Positions 57,049 through 64,000 of a DNA stretch of 64,000 nt are shown piece by piece. The DNA is from Boseongicola sp. SB0665_bin_10 (GTDB lineage Bacteria > Pseudomonadota > Alphaproteobacteria > Rhodobacterales > Rhodobacteraceae), in the NCBI GenBank assembly GCA_009838075.1, contig VXSG01000020.1, positions 25,276-89,275 on the forward strand. The letters run 5' to 3'. The position numbers and the translations under genes were made by a program. Numbering within the stretch: the stretch's first letter is position 1; each line of letters begins with the position of its first letter. Below the pieces are notes generated by a model. It was not told where the DNA came from, searched no databases, and saw only the letters and a program-made list of their open reading frames with translations.

Positions 57049-57076
57049 CTCCTGTCGGTTTTGACACTGACAGGAG
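57049..57076 (+). other. stem-loop CTCCTGTC(GGT)-loop-(ACT)GACAGGAG whose 3' arm contains the SD of the following small ORF
   Basis: Read directly. 8 perfect bp plus 3 further pairs (one G-U). The 3' arm 'GACAGGAGag' lies 8 nt before ATG 57084. Confidence 0.45.
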
Positions 57077-57083
57077 AGAGATC

Positions 57084-57335
57084 ATGTCTTCAAAGAAGTT
57101 CCTGCCGCCGCTGCCCGGCGTGGTTCCGGAACGGGATTCCCATGTTGTACGATGCTATGCAGAGCATCTGGAGGGCCTTGGCGTTTCGGTCTGGATGACC
57201 GAACCATTGGTCAGGACAGCCAGCCACGTCACGGTCTGGCTGGCCCTTCTGGACGAGGATGTCGGAAATCCTGGAACCTGGCATGCACACTCCCGCAGAT
57301 TACCGATGACAGGCGTGCCCAAACGTGTCAATTAA
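57084..57335 (+). pseudogene. 83-codon ORF, possibly an N-terminal remnant of a tyrosine-recombinase (SAM-like domain)
   Basis: 'VVRCYAEHLEGLGVSVWMTEPLVRTASHVTVWLALL' loosely resembles the integrase N-terminal pattern (Y...L...G.s..T.......+.f..WL). Low-GC surroundings. The assignment is weak. Confidence 0.25.
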
Positions 57336-57370
57336 CGAAATAGTCTTTCCATATAGCGGAACATGAAACC

Positions 57371-59695
57371 TTGCCGCAGGATCGTCCGAAACTGACCTCT
57401 TCCCATTGGGGCATCGGCATTGTCCGGGCGGAGGGCAACCGAATCACGAACGTCGAAGGTCATCCCGGCGACCCTGACCCTTCGCCCCTCAACGGGAACA
57501 TTCCTGGCGGGCTTGGCAGCCGCGCCAGGATACTGAAGCCCGCCGTGCGGTCTGGATGGCTGGACTGTCGCAAGGGCGAGCGGGGCCGCGACGCGTTCGT
57601 GGAGGTCGGCTGGGACGTGGCCCTCGATCTCGTCGCCCGCGAGTTGACGCGAGTCAGGGAGGAGCGTGGCAACGAGGGAATCTTCGGCGGCTCCTATGGC
57701 TGGGCGAGCGCCGGGCGATTCCATCATGCGCAGAGCCAGCTCAAGAGGTTCCTGAACGCCATCGGCGGCTTTGTTCGCTCCGAGGGGAACTACAGCTACA
57801 ACGCCGCGCTCGTGGCGATGCCGCATTTCGTGGGCGGCAGCTTTCGCGAGCACGTCGTCGAGGCGACGCGCTGGCCGGTCATCGCCGAGCATTCGGACCT
57901 GGTCGTCCTGTTCGGCGGCCTGGCGATGCGAAACCAGCAGATCTGCGACGGCGGGGCCTCGAAGCACCGGATGGCGGGCAATCTGAGGCTCTGCGCCGAA
58001 AAGGGCGTCCGGTTCGTCAATCTCAGCCCGCTGCGCACCGACGTCGATGCGTCGCTCAACGCCGAATGGCTGGCCCCGAGACCGGGGACGGATACGGCGG
58101 TCATGCTCGCGCTCGCCCACGCCGTCGTGGAGGAGGGATTGCACGATCAGGCGTTTCTCGACCGCTACACCGTCGGGGCGGACCGCTTCATCGACTACCT
58201 CCGGGGCGCGGGCGACGGCACGCCCAAGTCCGTTGAGTGGGCGGCGGGAATCAGCGGTCTAGAGGCCGGCCGCATCCGCGCGCTTGCCCGCGAGATGGCG
58301 GCGGGGCGCACCATGATCACCTGCGCCGCCGGCCTGCAGCGCGCCGACTGGGGGGAGCAGGCGCTCTGGGCCTGCGTGTCGCTGGCGGCCATGCTTGGGC
58401 AGATCGGGCTCCCGGGGGGTGGCTATGCCGTCGGCTACGCGGTCAACGCCCATGTCGGCAACGTCGCGCGGCCCTTCCGCTGGGGGAGCCTGCCGCAGGG
58501 CGACAACCCGGTCTCCGCGTTCATTCCCGTCGCCATGATCTCGGAAATGCTGCTGAACCCGGGCGCAGCTTACAGGTACGACGGTCGAACGCTCGCATTG
58601 CCCGATTGCCGCCTGGTCTGGTGGGCGGGAGGCAATCCCTTTCACCACCACCAGGACCTCAATCGCCTGCGCCAGGCGTTCCAAAGGCCCGAGACGGTGA
58701 TCGTGAACGAAATCAACTGGACGGCCACCGCGCGGCACGCCGACATCGTGCTCCCTGTCGCCGCCCCGCAGGAGCGCACCGATTTTGGCGCCGGCCAGAC
58801 CGACAACGTCTTGGTGCCGATGCCGAAGGCCGTCGATCCGCCGGGACATGCGCGAGTCGAGTACGAGATCTACGCCGACCTCGCGCAACGGCTCGGGGTC
58901 GCGCAAGACTTCACCGAGGGGCTGGACGAGGACGCCTGGCTGCGCAGGCTCTGGTCCGACACCCGGGCGGCGGCTGACGCCCACGGAACCCCCTTGCCGG
59001 ACTGGGACGCCTTCATGGCCGGGGACATCATCGAACTCCCGGACCCGTCGCCGACCCAGGTGTTCCTGTCCGAGTTTCGCGCGGACCCGTCGAAGAACCC
59101 GCGCAGGACGCCCAGCGGGCGGATCGAACTCTTCTCGGAGACGGTTGCCGGTTTCGGCCTTGGCGAATGCGCGGGGCACGCGACATGGAACGTCCCGCAC
59201 GACCTGTCCTCCCCCGCCGCGAAGACGTATCCGCTCGCGCTCGTCTCCGGCCAGCCCGGGACGCGGCTTCACAGCCAGTACGACAACGGCGCGCTCAGCA
59301 TGGCCGGAAAGGTCGCGGGACGCGAGCCTGCATTGATCAATCCCGCCGATGCTGCGGAAAGACGGATCTCGGACGGCGATGTCATCGAGCTCTTCAACGA
59401 CAGGGGAATGTGCCTTGCAGGAGCGCGCGTCACGTCCGACGTTGCGCCGGGCGTCGTCTTCCTGTGGACCGGCGCCTGGTACGATCCGGAACTCGACGAA
59501 CCGGGCCATTGCGACAGGCACGGCAATCCCAACGTCTTGACCCATGACCTGCGCACATCGGAATTCAGCCAGAGCCCGGCCGCGCATTCCGCGCTTGTTG
59601 ACATCCGCCGCTTCAACGCGATTCCGTCCCCAGTCAGGGCACATGAACCACCGCCGTTCGTCAGGCATCCTGACAAGAAAGGGCCCCAGGCATGA
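57371..59695 (+). CDS. molybdopterin-dependent S-/N-oxide reductase (BisC/TorZ-like, cytoplasmic)
   Basis: TTG start. No Tat signal. Motifs: 'TSSHWGIGIVRAEGNRI', 'GGSYGWASAGRFHHAQ' and 'EINWTATARHADIVLP', with a C-terminal beta-barrel 'ISDGDVIELFNDRG'. Confidence 0.85.
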   Translation: MPQDRPKLTSSHWGIGIVRAEGNRITNVEGHPGDPDPSPLNGNIPGGLGSRARILKPAVRSGWLDCRKGERGRDAFVEVGWDVALDLVARELTRVREERGNEGIFGGSYGWASAGRFHHAQSQLKRFLNAIGGFVRSEGNYSYNAALVAMPHFVGGSFREHVVEATRWPVIAEHSDLVVLFGGLAMRNQQICDGGASKHRMAGNLRLCAEKGVRFVNLSPLRTDVDASLNAEWLAPRPGTDTAVMLALAHAVVEEGLHDQAFLDRYTVGADRFIDYLRGAGDGTPKSVEWAAGISGLEAGRIRALAREMAAGRTMITCAAGLQRADWGEQALWACVSLAAMLGQIGLPGGGYAVGYAVNAHVGNVARPFRWGSLPQGDNPVSAFIPVAMISEMLLNPGAAYRYDGRTLALPDCRLVWWAGGNPFHHHQDLNRLRQAFQRPETVIVNEINWTATARHADIVLPVAAPQERTDFGAGQTDNVLVPMPKAVDPPGHARVEYEIYADLAQRLGVAQDFTEGLDEDAWLRRLWSDTRAAADAHGTPLPDWDAFMAGDIIELPDPSPTQVFLSEFRADPSKNPRRTPSGRIELFSETVAGFGLGECAGHATWNVPHDLSSPAAKTYPLALVSGQPGTRLHSQYDNGALSMAGKVAGREPALINPADAAERRISDGDVIELFNDRGMCLAGARVTSDVAPGVVFLWTGAWYDPELDEPGHCDRHGNPNVLTHDLRTSEFSQSPAAHSALVDIRRFNAIPSPVRAHEPPPFVRHPDKKGPQA

Positions 59696-60456
59696 GCACG
59701 GATTCCAAACCGCGCGTCGATTCAACCCTGTCCAAGGGACTGGCGATTCTTGAGAAACTGACCGGCATGAAGTCGGGAATCGGCGTTTCGGAACTCTCCC
59801 GCGAACTGGGACTTACCAAGTCAAATACCTTCCGGCTCCTGCAAACCCTGACCGCACTCGGATATGTCCGCCGCGAACCCGACAGGAACTACGCTGCCAC
59901 GCTCAAGGCCTGGCAGGTCGGGCGCTCGGTGGTGGAAAACCTCAACCTGCGCGCGGCTGCCTCCCAAATGATGCTCTACCTGTCACGAGAGACAAGGGAA
60001 ACGATCTATCTGGCCGTCCGCGACGGGTTGAACATAGTCTACATCGACAAGATCGAAAGCACGAAACCAATTCGTTCGTGGAACCCAATCGGCGGGGCAG
60101 CGCCGATCTACTGTGTCGGAACCGGCAAGGCGCTTCTCGCGGAAGACTATCGTCAATTGAGGGATCAAGTGGCAGCCAACCTTAAGCCGTTCACCGACCG
60201 GACAATCACCGATGCAGAGGCACTCGACAAGGACATGGCCGCGACCAGGCTGCGCGGATACGCCATAGACACCGGAGAGTTCCGCCCAAACGTCCTGAGC
60301 TTTGGCGCCGCCATCCACCTGCCCAACGGCGAGACGGCCGGTGCGCTGGGCGTGTCTGTGCCTGACATCAATTTGGGAGAGGGTGACAGCGAACGAATTG
60401 GTGCACTCGTACAGCACGCTGCGAGCTCCGTGTCCAAGAATCTCGGACGGCTCTAG
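59692..60456 (+). CDS. IclR family transcriptional regulator
   Basis: 'LSKGLAILEKLTGMKSGIGVSELSRELGLTKSNTFRLLQTLTALGYV' plus an IclR effector domain. The ATG overlaps the reductase stop (ATGA). Confidence 0.85.
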   Translation: MSTDSKPRVDSTLSKGLAILEKLTGMKSGIGVSELSRELGLTKSNTFRLLQTLTALGYVRREPDRNYAATLKAWQVGRSVVENLNLRAAASQMMLYLSRETRETIYLAVRDGLNIVYIDKIESTKPIRSWNPIGGAAPIYCVGTGKALLAEDYRQLRDQVAANLKPFTDRTITDAEALDKDMAATRLRGYAIDTGEFRPNVLSFGAAIHLPNGETAGALGVSVPDINLGEGDSERIGALVQHAASSVSKNLGRL

Positions 60457-60966
60457 TCACGGGCTTCGGGTCCTGCGACCGGACCGCCCTGTCCAGATGA
60501 AGCAGCCTTCCTTCAGGTGCGATGCCAGGAGATCCAAGTCCTGATGCACCGCCGCGGCCAGTGCCGAACGCCAACCGCTCGCGCAACCAAAGCCACGGCG
60601 CTTCCCCGAATGACCCGTGACCTCTTTGCTGTTCGGGCCATTCCGGTCGACCCGGAACGCGCTCATTTTGCCTGGCACATGCGCATTGCCGGGAATGAGG
60701 CCGGAGCGCTGCCTTTCGCGGATCCTTCGGGCGCCTCCGATCACGACGTCCGTGGACATCGAAGACAGCGATCAATTCCAGCGCCCTGATTTTCTCGATC
60801 TCCTTCCATCATGAAGCAACCGTCTCGACCGCTGTCCCAACTGGAACCGTCACGATGCTGGCCGCCTACTGTGCTGAGATATGAAACGCAATTTCATTAT
60901 ATTGACACGAAAACGGATAGATCGCAATGTCGATCTGCGCCCGCATTCTGCTCACTGGTGACCGCG

Positions 60967-62244
60967 ATGGATCGCTCCGCCCCAATGTCCCTCTGGGATG
61001 CAACGTCCGAAGAGAGTGAAATCGGACCCGCTGCCGTGTCCAGCCAGATTGTCGACGTGGCCATCGTGGGTGGCGGCTACACTGGCCTGTCCACGGCGCT
61101 TCACTGCGCCGAAAGAGGGCTGTCGGCGCAGGTCCTGGAAGCAAAGCACATTGGGTATGGAGGATCGGGCCGAAACGTGGGCCTCGTGAACGCCGCGCTC
61201 TGGCTGCCGCCCGCGGAAGTGCGCGAAAGGCTCGGCCCGCACTACGGGGAACGATTCCTGCGCCGGTTCAGTGACGGCCCGTCCATTGTCTTTGATCTGA
61301 TCGAAAGGCATCAAGTCCGCTGCGAGGCTACCGAGACCGGCACCATTCACGCGGCACACGGGCCCTCGGGTTGGGACGATCTGAAAGGTCGCCACGCAGA
61401 GTGGCAACGCCTTGGCGAGCCGGTTGATCTGCTTGATCGAAATGAAGTCGCCGAAATTGTCGGAACAACGGTTTTCCACGGCGGTCTCCTCGATCACCGC
61501 GCCGGCACGATAAATCCGATGGGCTATTGCCGTGGGCTTGCCCGGGCGGCCTCGGGAGCTGGCGCACGGATCAGCACGGGTGTTCGCGTCCAGGAACTGG
61601 ACCGCGTGGACGGGACTTGGCATGTGCGCACCGACGCCGGAGACATTCTTGCCAAGGCCGTGGTTCTCGGCACCAATGCCTACACCGACGAGCTTTGGCC
61701 TGGCTTGAAAGATGTCTTTACGATGATTCACTACCTCCAGTTGGCGACGGGGCCGCTTGGCCCAGACGCGGGTCACATCCTGCCGGGACGGCAGGGCGTG
61801 TGGGATACGGGTCCGATCATGTCCAACGTCCGGCGCGACGCCCATGACCGACTGCTCATCGGCACAATGGGCCGCGTGATTGGTTCAAGGGAAAAGGGCC
61901 TCACGCGACGTTGGGCAGAAAGGCGGATCGCCCGCATGTTCCCGGAACTTGGCCGCGTTTCCTTTGACGAGGCGTGGCATGGCCAGATCGCGATGACGCC
62001 GGACCACCTGCCCCGCGTCCATCAACTGGCGCCACGGCTCTGGACAGCCATCGGGTACAATGGCCGGGGGATCACAACGGGCACGCTCTTCGGGATCGCG
62101 ATCGCCGATCTCCTGACGGGCATGGACCCGACTGAGCTGCCATTGCCCATGACCGATCCCTCGCAAGCACCGCGCGCCAGGATCACGGCAAGGATCTATG
62201 ATCTGGCCTTCACCGCAAACCAGTTCTGGAAGAGCTTGCGATGA
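60967..62244 (+). CDS. FAD-dependent oxidoreductase (DAO family; gamma-glutamylputrescine-oxidase-like)
   Basis: 'VDVAIVGGGYTGLSTALHCAERGLSAQVLE' and 'GGSGRNVG'. Start at ATG 60967 or 60985, within ORF 60811-62244. Confidence 0.8.
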   Translation: MDRSAPMSLWDATSEESEIGPAAVSSQIVDVAIVGGGYTGLSTALHCAERGLSAQVLEAKHIGYGGSGRNVGLVNAALWLPPAEVRERLGPHYGERFLRRFSDGPSIVFDLIERHQVRCEATETGTIHAAHGPSGWDDLKGRHAEWQRLGEPVDLLDRNEVAEIVGTTVFHGGLLDHRAGTINPMGYCRGLARAASGAGARISTGVRVQELDRVDGTWHVRTDAGDILAKAVVLGTNAYTDELWPGLKDVFTMIHYLQLATGPLGPDAGHILPGRQGVWDTGPIMSNVRRDAHDRLLIGTMGRVIGSREKGLTRRWAERRIARMFPELGRVSFDEAWHGQIAMTPDHLPRVHQLAPRLWTAIGYNGRGITTGTLFGIAIADLLTGMDPTELPLPMTDPSQAPRARITARIYDLAFTANQFWKSLR

Positions 62245-62535
62245 CCGCCCGGCCCGGTGTCGAAGTCGGCGATGTCGTGGCCATCCTGTGCCCGACGACA
62301 TCCAGCGACATTTCCTGCAGGCGAAAGGACAGGGCATGGATCCCCTGCGTCACGGCACATGCGACGCAGGCGGCTTGCGCGCCTGTCGCGGGACGGTCAC
62401 CCCGGCGGAGACCGATACCGGCCCCCCTCGCGCCGGGGCGGGCCGCATCCGCGATCCTCGCCGCCGGCGCGCAGGCGGTGAGGCGGCTCCGCCATGCACG
62501 TTTGGCACGGCCTTCGAACGGAACCGGCCGGTCGA

Positions 62536-63075
62536 TCACCAGTAGTCCGGGCGGTTGAACGCCTCGACGCAGCGAGACGGACCTGTCAGCGGCTCAAGCT
62601 CGCGATCGGTCAAGGATTGGCCAAGCCACCCCTTCGGATGCTTCAGCCTGAACGGCGCCCGGGCAAGCTCTTCGGTGATGGGCCGGAATCCCACCCTGGA
62701 ATAGTAGTTCGGATCGCCATAGGTCACCGCGACGTCGACGCCGCTCTTCCGCAGGCCGGCGAGACCGTGGGCCAGAAGCCCCTGCCCGATTCCCCTGCCC
62801 TGGCGTTCGGTCGCGACCCCGACCGGACCCAGCACGAAGACGGCCCGTTCATCCTGGTCGTAGGTCAGCCGCGAAAAGATGATCGCGCCGATCAGGGAGC
62901 GCTTCTCGCGCGCGGTGTAGACCTGGATGTCGGCATCTGCCGTCGTCGCCAAGAGGTCGCGTGTCAGGTCGCGGATCAGCGCGCCTTCCTCCACGCCCTC
63001 CGAAGCGGCAAACGTCGCGGCGAGAAGGTCGATGATCTCCTCTTCCTGTCCCTTGAACCCTTTCGAGATCTCCAT
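62536..63075 (-). CDS. GNAT family N-acetyltransferase
   Basis: ATG 63075 within ORF 62536-63210. Motif: 'VLGPVGVATERQGRGIGQGLLAHGL' (acetyl-CoA binding Q/RxxGxG). Confidence 0.8.
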   Translation of the reverse strand: MEISKGFKGQEEEIIDLLAATFAASEGVEEGALIRDLTRDLLATTADADIQVYTAREKRSLIGAIIFSRLTYDQDERAVFVLGPVGVATERQGRGIGQGLLAHGLAGLRKSGVDVAVTYGDPNYYSRVGFRPITEELARAPFRLKHPKGWLGQSLTDRELEPLTGPSRCVEAFNRPDYW

Positions 63076-63231
63076 GTCACACTCCGTTTCCCGAGACGCC
63101 CGGGGCCCCCGGTTTCCGGACCGCTTCCGGCCCGACTCGCGGGCCCGGCCGGCGCAAGGTCCGGACATCTCAGGAATTGCGGTCCGTGCATCGGCGCGAT
63201 GCGGCTTCACCCTCGTCGGCTTGCGGTCGCC

Positions 63232-64000
63232 TCATGGCGCCGGGCGACCGTCGATCAACGATTCCGCTGCCTGGTGCAGACGCCGTCCGGGATCGGCCAG
63301 GTCCGTGACGACGTCGAAATGGTTCCGGTCCTCGACCTCCAGGCACGTCACGGTCCGGCCCGCGTCATGCAGCCTCCTGGCAAAGTCCCGGCTCTGGCGC
63401 TTGAACTCGTCCGTTTCCTTTCCGCCCCAGGTGACCAGCAACCTGACCTCCTCGGGAAAGGTCATGTGCAGCGGCGAGTTCCGACGGGCCGCTGCGGCAT
63501 CGAGCCGGAGCCATTCGTTCGGCTTGCAATGGCGCACCGGCTCAAGATCGTAGAGCCCGCTTGCCAGCACACCGCCTTTCAGGACGTCGCCCGGCACGCC
63601 GGGGAACGCGCTCCAGTCCGTGGCCAGCGCCATCGCGGCCAGCTGCGCGCCGGCGGACGAGCCGCAGACGAACAGCCGCTTCGGATCGCCGCCATGCCGG
63701 GCGATGTTCCCGTGAATCCAGGCGACGGCGCGGCGGCACTGCGCGACGATCACGTCAAGGTTCACCTTGGGCGCGAGGCTGTACTCGACGACCGCCGTGC
63801 TGATTCCCCGACCGGCGAGCGCCTTCGCCATGAAGGCGCTTTCGGTCCGCCCAAGCAGCCGCCAGTAGCCGCCGTGCAGGAAGACGAGGACCGGCCTGCC
63901 GGACCCCGCCGGAAAGTAGTCGATGCGCTCGTCCTCCGAGGGTCCGTAGGCCAGGTCGCGGATCACTGCGCAATCGGCAAGGCACTCCGCGCTGAGTTCG
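63232..64000 (-). CDS. alpha/beta hydrolase (esterase/arylformamidase-like), possibly 5'-partial
   Basis: 'PVLVFLHGGYW' and the nucleophile elbow 'VCGSSAGAQLA'. The frame stays open from GTG 63966 to the window edge, so the true start may lie outside the window. Confidence 0.75.
   Translation of the reverse strand, partial: ELSAECLADCAVIRDLAYGPSEDERIDYFPAGSGRPVLVFLHGGYWRLLGRTESAFMAKALAGRGISTAVVEYSLAPKVNLDVIVAQCRRAVAWIHGNIARHGGDPKRLFVCGSSAGAQLAAMALATDWSAFPGVPGDVLKGGVLASGLYDLEPVRHCKPNEWLRLDAAAARRNSPLHMTFPEEVRLLVTWGGKETDEFKRQSRDFARRLHDAGRTVTCLEVEDRNHFDVVTDLADPGRRLHQAAESLIDGRPAP

Noticed and set aside
44126-57370. A degraded dusA-associated genomic island. The 5' end of dusA is a known integration hotspot, and the region upstream of dusA contains an IS, truncated genes and an integrase-like stub.
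   Set aside because: There is no integrase next to dusA. The dusA N-terminus looks native. I could not find a second copy of the dusA 5' sequence (att repeat) by eye. The GC content is not distinct, and core-like aapJQM lies inside the interval. A repeat search with 44050-44125 as the query would be the decisive test.
62210-62539. ORFs coupled to neighbouring stops in the 290-nt convergent spacer. 62241-62558 (plus) has an ATGA overlap with the FAD oxidase stop. 62210-62539 (minus) has a GTGA overlap with the GNAT stop.
   Set aside because: Both products are Arg/Ala/Pro-rich low-complexity sequences without motifs, and the two ORFs overlap each other. They are probably chance ORFs, although 'PGVEVGDVVAILCP' at the start of the plus-strand ORF looks mildly protein-like.

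Overview
This is a high-GC (roughly 60-65% by eye) chromosomal segment. Its gene content and synteny look alphaproteobacterial, most like Rhodobacterales.

Gene order, left to right:
- GST, divergent metR/metF, a SYLF lipoprotein, a HIBADH-type dehydrogenase and an Ntn acylase.
- The conserved minus-strand block ntrB-ntrC-ntrY-ntrX-trkA-trkH-hfq-hflX.
- ispF-pgpA-cinA and an unlinked amtB.
- A six-gene aldolase/racemase-fold/M20/M24/M24/PLP cluster.
- accB-accC-aat, convergent with DUF2155-mlaD-NDUFA12.
- A lactonase/SDR/AKR module, a TRAP transporter (dctPQM) and dusA.
- A GntR/dioxygenase/aldolase operon with a divergent SAF-domain oxidoreductase.
- One apparently intact IS3-family element, then a patch where intact genes (ALDH, SDR) alternate with truncated ones (Zn-ADH, BKACE, DctM).
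- aapJQM without aapP, mobile-element debris, a BisC-like molybdoenzyme plus IclR, an FAD oxidase, a GNAT and an esterase.

I recognise no rRNA, tRNA, CRISPR array, prophage, or known defence or secretion system. I cannot point to a clear-cut novel multi-gene system.

The observations most worth a second look:
1. The ectoine-utilisation-like but non-canonical hydrolase cluster at 23.7-31.9 kb, which is broken up by 0.4-0.6 kb spacers that keep coding-like codon bias.
2. Many ~0.5 kb intergenic spacers that, where readable, hold gene relics: TnpB N- and C-terminal fragments, a VOC-like frameshifted relic, an NYN fragment and an ADH/BKACE deletion junction.
3. An in-frame amber codon inside a 15-bp tandem repeat that cuts the signal peptide off a translationally coupled DUF2155 gene.
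4. An NtrC (and NtrX) lacking the GAFTGA sigma-54 contact loop.
5. A missing nifR3/dusB and ispD at the ntrB-ispF junction, and an amino-acid ABC operon that has lost its ATPase next to a TnpB relic.

All calls rest on manual motif recognition from the ORF track and hand translation. No database search was run. The ORF track translates GTG/TTG starts as M, so several starts were re-placed by hand.
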